Shown: positions 49,001 to 62,253, numbered from the whole stretch's first letter. The stretch is DNA of 63,511 nt, filler included, from Catajapyx aquilonaris (GCA_000934665.2; 2 parts of 2 records of this genome joined end to end with filler, not necessarily neighbours in it), one strand, 5' to 3'. The notes: generated from the sequence alone by a model not told the origin. Numbers and translations are program-made.

Positions 49001-51110
49001 TAAAAATGTCCGTGTACATGTTGCAGATAGGGTAGATTAGAATCATGAGGGCACCGTGTTACCACGTACAAAGGGTGCCTGTGAACCTGTTACGAAAATG
49101 CTCAGTAAAAGGAGAACCCTGGGAGAACCACAATATGGTATCATCAAATTGAGACAATTTGCCGTATTTTCTCAGGCCAGCATGACATAACCAAAATGAA
49201 TCGCGTGCTGAGTTGAAATCACGCAATGAAGGTTTTTCCTACTATGAATAACCGAGGTCTCTTCATGCAGCCATAAAAATTACGACAGTTCTCATGCATT
49301 ACACTAAGCAGTGTCCAATCGACTGCTCATATCTATGCCATGTCGCATATACAGTAACTCATCCTTAGCGGCCGAGATTAGTGTCACAGATTGGCATATG
49401 ACATGTCCTCCTTGACACATTCACCAGTCAGAGCGATGTTCAAGCATATGACATTGAATGAGGATAACCTCTTATGGCTCTTATCGTCTGATGACCCACA
49501 TGATGTTTTTACAAATGAGTCGTGCAGTTATACGTAATCACTCTGCTTGATAATATAAGCTCCGAAATGCGTCGTATATTTGGTATGAACTTCCCACTTG
49601 GATCAAAATAGCTGGTGGCAATTTCCTTATAAAATTTTGTCACCAGGAAACCAGCCACTTTGATCCATTGGAAATCGGACCTCACCTGGTTTAATTAACT
49701 TACACTTTACCTGCTGGCTAGAAAATGTGTACTTCGGTAGCAAAGTATATGACCCACTTTGCCAATTCTCCGAACTGCAATGCAATCCGCAGCCACGTGA
49801 GGATTCCTGAATATTAGAAAAGGTGTTCCCTCCCCCCAACCCAAATTCCCCATTCGATCTGGAAGATACATGTCACGCACCTGTCATTCACCTATTTTCC
49901 GGCCCAAAACCGCAAACTCCGCCCCCCCCCCNCAAAAATTCCAACCGACTAGTACATGGTGATTACGCAATTGTTACCCGCCACACCTGTCCATCAATCG
50001 GGAATAATCAAATACGACACAATGGGTCTCAGTTCCAAGAAAAACAGGTGGAATTGAAAATGATTGGATTTCAGGCCATGTTCCACGCAGGCTCCCATTT
50101 AAAAAATTCCAGAATTGACCATTTTGGTACTCACCCTTTATCCCTCAGGTGAAAACTCGTTTCCGTTTTGTGGCGCCCGCCTCACTTGTGTGCGTCCTAT
50201 CACCGGGAAGACTCGAGCCTCGAAGAGAGAACATAATCGCCGGGTACAGGAGGAAGGGAGAAGAAAGGTCCCTAAGGGCAAATGGGGGAGAAGAGAGGCC
50301 TTGCACTTTGCGGCCTTGGATTCCCGCCAAGCCGCTTTTTTTTTTCTTCTTTTTCTTTTCCCGCCCTAAACCCTCCTGCCCTCCACCCATACCCTCCATC
50401 TCCCAGCACCTACCCACCCAACCACCACCCGCATCTCTTTCTTTTTTTAATCCGGTCCTGTGATGGTACCAAGATCTTTTCTGTACAGTACACACATTCC
50501 CAAAGGTTCATGTCCCTCTTTTTTCTTAGTAGCCTCCCAACCTTCCCCTCCACTGCCTCTTCTCTTCCTGCTGACTTGACCATTTCACACATGGAATGAA
50601 AGGGGAGGGGACAGATTAAGTTGTTTTTTTTTCCCTTGTTGGAAAGAGGATGCAATTACATAAGGCAGTTTATCAACAGATTGATTGCGATTAGAAAACT
50701 TGATGACCCATTCATTCCGATGGGAGGGAAGGCAGGTCTGTGACGTAATGATGCAAAAAGAGGTGCTTTCACTTTCGCTGCTGCCCTGTAATGCGGTTGT
50801 TCAGTTTGACTTCCATAAATTAAGCTTCATGAGTCAAAGTGACCTGAGAAAATATTTTCTTGTGTTCAGCAAATGTAATTTACTGTGTCTCGGCGACTGC
50901 TGGAGTTGTGGAAGTTTCTGATGGCAACAGGGAATGAATGGCAACGCCTGGGTTGAGGTAGCATACTTATGGAATGATACTTTTAATGTCACGTTCTGGT
51001 AACCAGTAGAAAATAATTAATACAAAAAAAGGGATGGTCTAAAAATATACAACTTCTGTACACACACGGTTCATGGTCCCCGCTCTTCTGTTTGGACGCG
51101 ACCCGTGCGG

Positions 51111-52988
51111 TCAGTTCTCTTTAACCTCGTACATCTCCTCGCACTTGTGCAGCAATTTCAGCACAGGACTAATGTCATATGGAAACAGCGACTTTGCAAC
51201 CAGCCTGTCGACTGCTATCCTGAGACGTATTAACACTGACATCGTATCGTCCAGTCCTCGCCCGCAACACCCCACAAATTCCTCCCAGTATCGCCGCACA
51301 AACTTGAGGAACCGAAGCAGGTACAGCAGGAAACATGTCTCATTTGACACCAAAAGATCCAGCAAGACATCTGGATCATGTGACACCGAACCCAAAAACC
51401 GAACGAAGGTGGGGACAGGATTTAGGCTGCGGTGTAATTCAGGTTGGCAGCGCACACGTGCAGCCAGTCCAATAAAGGTGTCCAAAGTGCACACCATGGC
51501 TTCCACCAAGGCATCATCCTGATCTGAAAACAGGCGTACCATCCACTCGCACAATGGTGTGTCAGGATGAAACGGCACCAACCCTTTCACAAGGGCGTCA
51601 GTCAAACGTAGCACTTCCCGTATGCTGCGTTCAATGACAGCCATGTCTGCTTCGTCGGACCCTGAGTTGCTACTGCTCCGTGATGATGTGTCTGATGAGC
51701 TCTCACACCGTGTTTCTTTGACAGTCACGGCCACTGATTTTAAAACAAGAAGGACAACCTTTTGAAGAAGAGGACGATCGCCTGGTGTTGCCTCTGTATC
51801 GTCGTCGCAGGATCCTGACCCAGTAAAGCCTCCAGTACTCCCAGAATAGTACGGCACTTGGTCCAACAGGCGACGGTCCTTGACACTTCGGATGATCAAG
51901 TGGGCCAAGTTGCATGGCTCATCTGCCAGCATGTCTTGTAATGCAAGTGTGCTTCCATAACACAACACCTCTCCAAAGAGGTCCAGCAAACGCTTCCACA
52001 ACACTGAAGGCAGTTGAGCTGACAACAATGGAACAAATGACTCCAGTCGTGCGTAGAATGGCTTAGTGTCAGCTACTGACAGATTGGCCTTCACTGAAAT
52101 AATGGCTTCCCATAGTCCCAGGAAGGAAACCGTGGCTGGCTCTTCCATTCTGGACCACCTCCCAGCTGACATTATGGCATGAAATCGCTCCACTAGGGCA
52201 CCCCAGCTACCTTCCAAAGCCCGAATATACATGCACTTCACTTCACCAACCCCTCCTTCATGTGTGTAACCCACGGTCTGGCAGCGTCCACTTCCAGATG
52301 CTCCACCCTCTTCATCTGCCCCACCTTCTTCCCGCCACTCAACCACTGATCGCACAACTTCGAGGGCAGGTCCCAAACCCTCCCCAGAGCCTTCTTCAAG
52401 GGCTGCACGCAGCAAGCATGGTAGCCATCTCTCTGCTTCACCTCTGGCTAGAACCAACATGGATGCTAGGGCCCTTCCAGCGGCATAGCACACAAAGAGG
52501 TCTCGTCCACCACCAACCACCAGGGACATCAGGGTGTCAGCTAATGATAGGTCGTCACGCACCAATGAGTCACACAGTTCAGCCAAGTGGCAGCATATGC
52601 TCCCACGAGATGCTTGTCTACATCCTGTCTCACACGTCAGTTGCACACATGACAACAGCTGCAGCAACAAGTTGCGATCCTCTGCAGCAGGGGGTATGTC
52701 CTGCGAGGTTGAAGGGACAGAATTGTGTGAAGGACCTGGAGGTAGGAGGAGTCGGAGTGCTTGGAAAGGACGGGTCAGCTCCTGTGTTGGTGACCCACAC
52801 AGGCACTGAGACAACAGAGCACGCTGGAGGCTCTGAAGCTGGGATGATAGCTCTGGGGGCGGGGCTTCAGTTGGCCCTGCCCCTAGCCCCGCCCCCTCCT
52901 GATCCCCATCCAATCGCACCTTCTTGCAGGCAGGCGCCTCTTCCATTGCGGGCAGCTGGCTGCCTGCAGGGCCCGACTGCAGGACCAT
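51111..52988 (-). CDS. lin: Protein lines homolog, 625 aa, single coding exon
   Basis: Long uninterrupted ORF with an upstream in-frame stop. Lines-family motifs EVLCYGSTLALQD, LFSDQDDALVEAMVCTLD, LLDLLVSNETCFLLYLLRFLK, FPYDISPVLKLL; N-terminal KKVRL NLS-like. Probable 5' UTR acceptor near 53173 and ATTAAA near 50987. Confidence 0.93.
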   Translation of the reverse strand: MVLQSGPAGSQLPAMEEAPACKKVRLDGDQEGAGLGAGPTEAPPPELSSQLQSLQRALLSQCLCGSPTQELTRPFQALRLLLPPGPSHNSVPSTSQDIPPAAEDRNLLLQLLSCVQLTCETGCRQASRGSICCHLAELCDSLVRDDLSLADTLMSLVVGGGRDLFVCYAAGRALASMLVLARGEAERWLPCLLRAALEEGSGEGLGPALEVVRSVVEWREEGGADEEGGASGSGRCQTVGYTHEGGVGEVKCMYIRALEGSWGALVERFHAIMSAGRWSRMEEPATVSFLGLWEAIISVKANLSVADTKPFYARLESFVPLLSAQLPSVLWKRLLDLFGEVLCYGSTLALQDMLADEPCNLAHLIIRSVKDRRLLDQVPYYSGSTGGFTGSGSCDDDTEATPGDRPLLQKVVLLVLKSVAVTVKETRCESSSDTSSRSSSNSGSDEADMAVIERSIREVLRLTDALVKGLVPFHPDTPLCEWMVRLFSDQDDALVEAMVCTLDTFIGLAARVRCQPELHRSLNPVPTFVRFLGSVSHDPDVLLDLLVSNETCFLLYLLRFLKFVRRYWEEFVGCCGRGLDDTMSVLIRLRIAVDRLVAKSLFPYDISPVLKLLHKCEEMYEVKEN

Positions 52989-54729
52989 CGGAGTTGCCTT
53001 ATGTTTTCTGTTTCCTTGTCTTGTGGGAGATTGTCACTGCTATGGTGTAGCTCTCAGCTGTTCCGCAGGTTGCACCTGCTCCCTGTCAGATGCTGGGAAG
53101 GCACTGCTGATATTTTGAACTTCATCTCGTAGAACTGCTCTGGCACACAGGCACCAAAATTCACAACCATGCCTGTGGATAAATGAACATCATTTTACTA
53201 GAGGAATATCAAGAAGCAAGCTAAATAAATTTACACTGTTACAGTTACACCTATTAATACACCTGCAATGTAAAACACTCCAGTTAGCATCGGAACATTT
53301 GAGCAGACAAGCCATTCCGTCCAACATGTTTCATGGCTGACTCATGTGCTAAAGCTTTCTTATTACACTTTTTCTGTGAAACCTTTAAAACAATGGCAGA
53401 AGCTACTTCTTATACAACAGAACTACTGAAGTATCCCGTATACATATCCCCTCTTGTGTCTTATAGCACCTAGGGATTCTCATAACTGAAGCATTATATT
53501 CATTGAAAATTACTTCTAAATGCCTAATAAGTACATAATTATGCAGGTAATTGGAACATACAATCCATTGACAGTTCTCCTGAAAAAGGACTGCCATAAA
53601 CGTATTATCCATCTTTCTTTAAAAGGCAGCTCCCATGTGTTGTCACATGTGAATTCCACCAATTCTGGATCACCCACTGTGATAACTGAATGCAAAATGA
53701 GGTTGGAAAGACAGAGTCATCACATTTGATCCAAGATACCTTGGAAATAATAAACCAAGTTTGACAACTCCATGTCTTGCCAAGCTTCTAGTCATCAGTG
53801 GTTGATCTGAAGCAGGTGGGATTCATATGAGGTGATTGATGGGTGCTGCCTTTTCAAGAAAAAAGATGGGTCAATATTTTTATTGATTTGCACAACCTTT
53901 GCTAGGCTTATGTAACGTTTTCTCGTGATCTACTTGTATTATTTAATGCCTACTCTGCACGGGCTTGTAAATTTTGAATAGATGTAGTTACCCAACTCCA
54001 TCCACATTAAATGCATGTGGTCTATTCCATGTCAAATGTGTCGATGCAATACATGGAATGCTGCAATAATTATACGACTTGTTGATGTCATTTAAAAAAA
54101 TATCTCCTCTTACTCCTGCTTATCCTGTATACTCATGGATGTCAGAATACAGCTGTTCATGGCCTGCACACACGTATGCAAAGAGACGAACGTGACATCA
54201 AACCTTATTTAGGGGGAGGGAGGAATCAGCCAGACGTAGGTGTGTACAGAGCATTTGCTTCTCTTTCGAAGAGAGCAAGCTGCTCCTGCAAGAGTGCATG
54301 ACTACACCAATCCCTGGTCTCACCTTTTGTTTGCACAAAAAAAAAGAACATTCTCTATTTTCATGCACTTTCCCCCTGCCACTCTGCACTCCTTTCCCTG
54401 ATCATGAATGACATTATGCTCATCTCTTCACATATGTGTGCAGAGGCCATTACAATCTCCTTTGTAAATCCTTGTCACTGGCAAGATCTAGAAAAACCAA
54501 CTGAGCATGAGAGATCTTGCCTCGGGAGGGTCTTTTAAGTTAGGTTGGCAAGCCAGATTTGGGAAGAGGTACTTCACCACATCAAGTTGTGCATATTACT
54601 TATTTGAAACTGCATCATAATATTTCATGATTTTCCTGTTTGATGCACAGTAATTAAATAAATGCAGCAGAAGTGCAACTTTGCCCAAAATGTCACTTCC
54701 AGGCACGTGTTCAGTAATAAATTGAGTAA

Positions 54730-55064
54730 GGGGAGGCGCGGTGGCTGAGACGGTAACGTCTCAGCTTGCTGTGCGAAAGGTCCCGGGTTCGATCCCCACC
54801 CAGGAGTTCCCTTCGCCTGAGTCAGGAGGGTCTCTGACCCACGCCTAGGAGGCGTCAGGCAACCTAACCTCCAGGGAGACTGCACATGACCCAGTTTCAG
54901 ACATTGCCAGACATTGCCGTGTCTCCTCCCCAAAAATCCCTATCCCTACCTCATGTCCTTTCTTCCCTGCATGGTGATTGAAGAAAATGACAGAAAATGG
55001 GAGTGAAAAATGGTGGTGTTCCAACCCCCTAAGAGGACCCATGGCCTTATCACAGGGTATTAAA

Positions 55065-55120
<56 letters not shown>
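54730..55120 (+). mobile_element. tRNA-derived SINE, family A, with (AAT)n tail
   Basis: TSD TAATAAATTGAGTA (54715-54728, 55121-55134). Confidence 0.88.
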
Positions 55121-55128
<8 letters not shown>

Positions 55129-57359
55129 TGAGTAGTGGTCAATAAAGCACTGTGGATTGGGAAGGGTGGGTATCTTTATATACTGGACCCCTGGACCTCT
55201 AAGACACCTCCCAGTCTATTAGTTCAAGTACATGAAAGCAAGATTATTAGTAAAGTCCCCAAGACTACACAATATTCTACATTTGCAACAGTAAAGATAG
55301 CAGGCACTACCTATCATAAAGACTAAACACATGTAAGCAATGTGAATTTGCATGACCACTAAATTAGAACAAGTTAACAAATTTTTCTAAAAACAGAACA
55401 TGATTGTGGGAAACATTTTAAAAGTATCTTATGTTAGTGCCAGGGTTGCTGGTCTTGTATTATGGGAAGCACAAGACACAACCACACTTGCCTGGTGTGT
55501 CAGGATCAAGCAGTGTAAAGTGGATTCTCAACACAAGACTGAAGGTAGGTTAGAAAATAATGAAACTGCCTGGTACAGTACTTGGCACACACCTGCTATC
55601 ACAGACAAAAAGTTTTAGATATTGAAATATTTTTAAATACCTCATTTATGGATTGGCTGAGATGGACATAGATAAGCTCTCTTCACTGGGACTGGGTTGC
55701 AAGGAGTAAAGCTTGTCCCATCCTCTCTGTCATCTGAAATCAAGAATTTGTGGAATTTCAGAACAACCCACTCCTAGTTACTTCCTTATATTACTAACAT
55801 TTACCATTCTAGGGAGTTCAGGTGACCTCTCAGGCTAACATGAACATTTCATATGTTATTTGCATGGCATACCTGTACATACATTTGACATCCTGCATTA
55901 AAATACAGCAATAAGTACCTACAAAAGGGAAATTTTCCATATCCGATAAAATAAGCAACCGCTTCATAACAGTGTATGATTATCCTAACATGTTACTGCT
56001 TGCTGCACTGCTTCACTCAGGACGTGCCACCAATTTCAACCCTGTGCTTTGCAATGCCTTCACCAAGTTCAGGCAAATGTAAGTATGGCACTCAGTTTTT
56101 GTTTGCCAAAGGCACTATTTCTTGCATGATACACTACTTATTGCAGTGAAACGAGCCTTGGTTAATGCCTTAGGGATTGTATTTGCATGATGGACTCATT
56201 GAAACCTACCATTACTTCAATAATGTCATTAATATTCTTTAGTTCATGTAGCTACCTACGTGAATATAAATGTATGTCTCAACCGGAATTAGCAGCTCAA
56301 GCAGCCCTGCCAGTGTGTAATCGCTGGCAATGTTGTATTAGGATTCATGCTTATCATTGTAAATAAATTTAAAAAAAAGGACAAAATGAAGCTTCTTAAA
56401 GGCAAATGTGTACTTTTCTAAGCACAACAGGCCTATCACATGTCTCAAAAGTTTACGGTTCCGGCCATGGTCTTATCACTAAACTTTTGAGCTATGTGAA
56501 TGGCTCTAATGGGTCACAGAGTTGGTCGACATGTTCAGAATTTATACTGCATTGCGCATTTGGACAACATGGTGTGACTTATCATCCCATGTAGCCAACT
56601 AACATCACTAGGAACACACAGAGGCTTTCCATTAACCCCAAATACCTTCAACACACTGCCTGTGTAGTAATGCACACTAAACAACACTAGGCTCTGCTCC
56701 AACAATCCCAATGATGAGTCCTTGTGCCCCAACATCCACCATCCACTTTGCACTACATACCTGCTCCCAGGTACATCCTTCTAGGCCTACTATTTGTATG
56801 ACACTCATAGTCCACAGACCACAATGGTTCGACCAAAAAATAGTCGGAAGCCCAGCCCTGGCCGCCAGAACCTGCTGGATACCACACGACTCCCCGCCAC
56901 ATCCGAGAAAGAGCCAACTTCCCCACAACCCAAACCGTGCATTACCCGCAAGCTAGTTAGTAAACGGCCACCACTCCTCACCTCCACACAACTAAGCCTC
57001 CGCCCTCTGTTCTATAAAACGACTAGTGTTGCTTCCCTCCGCGTTCCATTCAGGTTGAGGGAGTGGAGGGGGGTGCGGAATTATTTTTTTTTCATACCCC
57101 CCCTACTTTCGGTTGTTTTTTTTTTCTCTTTCGGACTGGTGAAGGGTTTCTTTTTTTGTGGAAGGGGGATGAGGTGGGTGGGTGCAGTAGGTAGAGAGCG
57201 CTGCGTAGGCATTCCCCGAGTGGAGGTGCCAGATGGGGATTGGGAAACATGATCAAACGAATATATTAACAATAAATATAATATACATATTACGAGTTAT
57301 GTGTAATCGTAATTTAGCATGTGTGAGAATGTGAGAACAACAAAGTTGCGGCTTCATCT

Positions 57360-57652
57360 GGTGGGAACCAATATGGCGTCCAAACAAAATGGCGGACATG
57401 GCCACACTGGCGGATAGTTATTATTATGTTTTACATATGATATACAACATGTCTGAAAAACCGCTACAATAAAACGTCGAATGATTAATGGCTGTAAGAA
57501 ATAACAAAGTAATATCCTATCGGAGTTACCTAACAGGAGTATTGATTTGGCAACCGTGCTTCTCTCTTTCTGGTTTCCGTTTCTTGCCATCTTTTTTTCC
57601 AGTAACCTTGCAGCTTGCACCTGGGAAACTCGAGCTCGGCAGGAGCGTTGAT
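57360..57652. promoter_or_regulatory. Probable bidirectional promoter (lines / roh-like) and non-coding first exon of the roh-like gene
   Basis: YY1-like ATATGGCGTC (57371) and AAAATGGCGG (57386); pyrimidine-rich TCT-like start TCTCTCTTTC (57561); donor GAT|GTAAGC at 57653; acceptor ATAG at 57871. Confidence 0.55.
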
Positions 57653-57875
57653 GTAAGCGAGTCGTCTGTGGGTTATAATTCACNGGCTTGATTTTTTTTT
57701 TTTTTTTTTTTTGGCAAGGAAACAAGCAATTCTCTGGAAAGACCAGCTACCTATCTATTCGTCCGAGTTGCATTTCAGACTGTAGAAAAATGGCTTTTCC
57801 ATGTTTTGCTTGTGGGAATTTATTAGTCTTGAGCAGTATGTCAGTGAGGTGCCTACTTTTGCCCTCCATAGGAGT

Positions 57876-59443
57876 ATGGCTGCAGCCTCTGCATCAGCTG
57901 CAGCCACAAGTGCTGGCAGCAAGGATGCGGGACCTGGCCGCCCGATGAAGTATCCATACACTCTCACAGCTAAGATGGCCCAGTTCCCTTACAAGTGGCT
58001 CTTCCAGAACCAATGGATCTTCAAGTACTACGTCATCTCTTGCGGAGTCTGTCTCCCACTATTTTACTGGATCCAGCGAAAAAGTATACACTTGAGCATG
58101 TGTTGTGAATGGCATGATTCAGAGTTGGGAAATATGGTAATTGCCTGGAAGACCCTTGTAATATTTACATGTGTTACTATAACCTAGGACCAATCCTCCC
58201 TGAACAGTGGCCAAAAAATGCCTGACTCCTGCATCAGATTTGGAAAGTGGGTCATTAAGTTCTCCATAACTGTCCCTACCTGGGAGTTGTGTATTTAAAA
58301 CACACCTAAGGCTTATCCTGAAGCTTCGGTGAAGTCATCTTCCTTGCACATCAGTCCAGTTTTTAAATTACCATTGTATGGGTTTTCTAGGCAATTACCA
58401 GAACTAACATGCCTTGATCTTAGTGGAAAGGGGCACAAACCATGACCTGAGATGCTGGATAGGCAATTAGAAGTTGTCATCAACATGCAGGATCAGGGAG
58501 AAAATCGTTTAGAATTGGGAGAATGGCAAATTGGGTCACTACTTGCACCCCCTGTTGTAGTGCTAGGTTGTTATCCATGTGGAATATGTTACATCAGTGG
58601 TTCCCAACCAGGGGGGCGTGAGGCCATGAGAAATAAGTAAAATAATGTAACATGGGGCCCTTGCAGACAGGCCAAGCTTAGCCATGGCTGGCCGCGGCCC
58701 TGGCCAACTTCCAGGTAGTTGGCCAACCTTGTAAGCCGTGGCCTGGCTGTGGCTTGCCAGGTGTGAACCGTCGTGGCCTCGACCAGCCGCCGCCAAGCTT
58801 GGCCCGTCTGCAAGGGCCCGCGCTTGGCGCTGGTGGAAATAATTATGAAGGGACGGACCGACCTTTCTACTTGCTTATAGCTGATGTGCTTACAGTATAT
58901 GAGGATTCCACTGTACTTTGCAAGCTACATTCACCTGAATTTGTGTGACCTTGAACAACAACCCCCCCCCCCCCCCCCTTCAACACAATTTCTGCTGTGG
59001 GCTTCTCTCTTTTCCCCTATTGTTTTGCATGCCTCTTGTGCAGTTATAAAACTATATATAAGAAACCTGCCGAAATTGATTGGGACCGGGGGGGGGGGGG
59101 GGGGGTGAGGGTTTGGTGAGAACGGAAAGGGGGGCTTCATGACGAAAAGGTTGCGAACCACTGTGTTACATAGATGTACAGATTCATTGGCATTCTTGAA
59201 TTGGCAGATTAATGTTCATAGTCGCATATTGACACCATAGTGTTATGTTGGACTATCCATAAAGTTGATATCACTCCCCAATGTCAGATCTATTGCACAT
59301 CAGTCAATTAACAAGCATCAATTATTTTGCACACAAAACCTGCAGGATCAATCACATATGACTATTTATTTACAGCGTACTCACCTGAGAACGTGGCCAA
59401 ATGGAAGGACATCCGCCGCAAGGAAAAGGAAACACATCACTAA
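57876..59443 (+). CDS. roh: Small 91-aa single-TM protein, homolog of Drosophila roh/CG30415; exons 57876-58083, 59376-59443
   Basis: PGRPMKYPYTLTAKMAQFPYKWLFQNQWIFKYYVISCGVCLPLFYWIQRK|TYSPENVAKWKDIRRKEKETHH*, matching the recalled family motif GRPMxYPYTxxAKxAQFP...SPEN...EHH. Phase-1 intron; AATAAA at 59562-59567. Confidence 0.82.
58595..59163. mobile_element. hAT (Charlie-like) MITE
   Basis: TIR CAGTGGTTCCCAACC / GGTTGCGAACCACTG, 8-bp TSD TGTTACAT. Confidence 0.88.
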
Positions 59444-59599
59444 GATGCAGCGAGTCAGGACAAGTTCCATTTAGTCAAAAGCTCGCCAGAAGGGATGCAT
59501 GTTTGCTTTTTTCCTCCTGAACATATGGCGGCATTGGTGTGGTGGCATCTTCAAATAGTGTAATAAAATGAATATATTGAAAGAAATGACTTTCTCTTA

Positions 59600-60050
59600 G
59601 GGCCTGTTTTTACTCCCTCTCCAGGAAGATGGAGAGGGGGCGTGGCCTCTCCCCGAGCGTTTTTGGTGCCTCTCCAGAAAGTTGGAGAGGGGGGAAAAGG
59701 GGGGTGAAGTGGGCGGAGCTCTCCACAAAATCCCCAAAAGTGTCTTCTCTCCTCGGATGTGGAAGAGACTTTCTGGAGAGGGGGCTGTAGCGGAGGGAGG
59801 GCGGGAAGCGGGTGAAGGTTTAAGAATTAAACGTCACCAAGGATTTGGTTGCAGAATTAAACCTCCTTGGGCCCAGGGTCCTCGCCTCGCGCTCTTCTCA
59901 ACTGTTTTGAGTGCCTTCTCCCCTAGCTACACCATTCCGCCCGTTTTTGGGTTTAATAGTGGAGAGGGGGGATGTGGGGGATATTCCGGAAGCCCCGCCC
60001 TCTTCCACCTCTCCTCTCCATCTTCCTGGAGAGGGAGTAAAAACACCCCC
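59600..60050. mobile_element. PIF/Harbinger-like MITE
   Basis: TTA|GGGCCTGTTTTTACTCCCTCTCCAGGAAGATGGAGAGG ... CCTCTCCATCTTCCTGGAGAGGGAGTAAAAACACCCCC|TAA. Confidence 0.8.
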
Positions 60051-60406
60051 TAAGTCTGGATGATTTATTTTTTTTAGCACTAGGTGCAGGAACTGAACAG
60101 CAGGATTTAGAAACGTGTTTGGGAAGGTCTCCTGTGTCCCGTCATGAGCCACATTTGAACCTTCACATGTGATGAGAATTGTAAAGTTTGGAAGCAAAAC
60201 TTTGGGGACATCTTTTTGTTCTCTATTTTTCGAGAGTGGGAGAGCTGTGTTCACGGGGAGGGTTCAAGTCAAATGCTTGGCATGAATTGTGACGTCACAC
60301 CCTCTTCCCCCGGAAATGTGGAGGGGGAAAAAAACCTGAGTTCAGTAACATAGGTAATTCATTTCCCTAGGTCCTAGGCCACCCCAAGAGCCATCAAAGG
60401 TGTGTA

Positions 60407-61289
60407 CAGGGTGATCCAAAATACTTGTCTGCTAATATGGCTATTAAGCTTCTGATTTTGGCAGTTACTTTTTGCATAATTATTTTTAATGGTATTGAAA
60501 GTGTTAGCTGCTAATATTAGATTGCATGTTCCCATCCTTTTGAAAACCTGCAAGGGGTCTGGGATAGGGCTGTGCGGTTATTGAATTTGGAAACCGGTTA
60601 TCGGTTATTGAAATAACCGCGGTTATAACCGGTTAGCGGTTATTTTCGATTAACCTGTTATTTTCATAGGAGAATTGGTACATAACAGAATACACACGAG
60701 ATTAGAGCAAGTGGGAAATCTTTAATGTTCTACAAACCTGCACCTGCAAACTACTTAAAACCTTGCTTTACGGCTTTGGCACATAGCTGGCGGGTCGCGG
60801 GTGGGGGCGGGATTCCCGACCCCACCCGCCAGTCTGCCACCAGGCTAACAGCCTAACACCACTTACACCAGCCTTGGGGGGCCTTGCCTTGGGCCCTACC
60901 TTGGCTTGCCGCTTGCCCTAGCCCCTCCCCATTAACCGGTTAGTGCAATAACCGGTTATTGCATAAACCGGTTAATCGGGGAAATAACCGGTTAGTGCAA
61001 TAACCGGTTATTGCATAAAAAATTAACCGGTTAACCTGTTAATGCAATAATCTAAAAATTAACCGGTTAACCGCACAGCCCTAGTCTGGGATGCACAAAG
61101 TGGGTTGTCATTGACTTGAGATGCCAATTGTTCCCATGGGCCCTTCCTTTCAGAACACCAGTCCTTGCAGTTCAGCATGATATTAGTAGCTAATACTTTT
61201 GATAATCATCAGAAGTAACCATGGAAAAGTAACTCATAATAAGCAGCTTAGCAACAATGTTAGACAGGCAAGTATTTATGATCATCCTG
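60407..61289. mobile_element. Tc1/mariner-like MITE interrupted by a hAT MITE
   Basis: TA|CAGGGTGATCCAAAATACTTGTCTG ... CAGGCAAGTATTTATGATCATCCTG|TA. Confidence 0.75.
60565..61083. mobile_element. hAT (Ac-like) MITE with AACCGGTT subterminal arrays
   Basis: TIR TAGGGCTGTGCGGTTA / TAACCGCACAGCCCTA, 8-bp TSD GTCTGGGA. Confidence 0.9.
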
Positions 61290-61445
61290 TATTGCATACA
61301 AATGTATATTATATTGATCTTGCTGGCATATTATGGCTTTGATAACATTTTTAGGAATGTCAGCAGTTTTACCTACTAAGTGTGTAGAGTAAAGTAGGAC
61401 ATTGAGCATATCGTCGGTGATCATGCAAAACCTCGTATCTCCTGC

Positions 61446-62168
61446 CAGGGCCGTCGCGAGGGGGGGGGCTTCCTAGGATCTTTCCTAGGGGCCCGAGACC
61501 CTAAGGGACCCAGGCGTGGCATATGAAAATACAGAGGCGCCAACTGAAATGGGGACACGGCCACACGCAAAAAAAAATCCGCCTGCGGCGGGCTTGCTCC
61601 CCGCCCTTTACGGCTTATTCTGTCCCCCCCCCCCCCCCCCCNCCCCCCCCCCCCAAATAAAATCTACCTACGCACCTGGAAATACCATGAAATGACCAAG
61701 GAAGACGTAGTGAAACAAAAAAGTGCTTGTATTGCGAAAATGCTATTTACGCCTGGAAAATGGAAGGGGTCTTCCCAGAGGTCTGCATCGCTTTGAGAAT
61801 TTTTTGTACCCTTCTGGTGACAGTGGCTGAAGCAGAGAGATCGTTCAGCAAACTAGGGTTGATCAAAACATATGAGATATCCACCATGACCCACGATTGC
61901 TTGACTAATTTGGCTGTGCTATCCATTAAACATGAACTAACAAAAACTTTAAAGAGGCAATGCAATCATTTGCAATGAGCAAGGCAAGAAAGTTTACCCT
62001 CTTGTAGATTGAAAGAAATAAAACCCACTGGTGCTTGAAAATTTGCTTTTCGTAGTGTCACTTTTTTTAGTGGATTGGAGAAGAGTTCGAGGGGGGAGGG
62101 CGAGGAATGGGAGAGGGGTCCCCAAGTGAAACTGCCTAGGGGCCCACTGAAGCCTCGCTACGGGCCTG
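61446..62168 (+). mobile_element. Deleted hAT element with a transposase C-terminal dimerisation-domain relic, inserted in the loop of a small palindrome (61408-62221)
   Basis: TIR CAGGGCCGTCGCGAGG / CCTCGCTACGGGCCTG, duplicated CTCCTGC; FPEVCIALRIFCTLLVTVAEAERSFSKLGLIK...STMTHDCLTNLAVLSI at 61727-61978. Confidence 0.85.
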
Positions 62169-62253
62169 CTCCTGCAAAAACCAATGGAAGATACGAGGTT
62201 TTGCATGATCACCGACGATATATGCCTCTCATTGAAGCAATTGCAATGGTTCA

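Noticed and set aside
52262..53050. 262-aa plus-strand ORF
   Set aside because: Antisense shadow of the GC-rich lines CDS.
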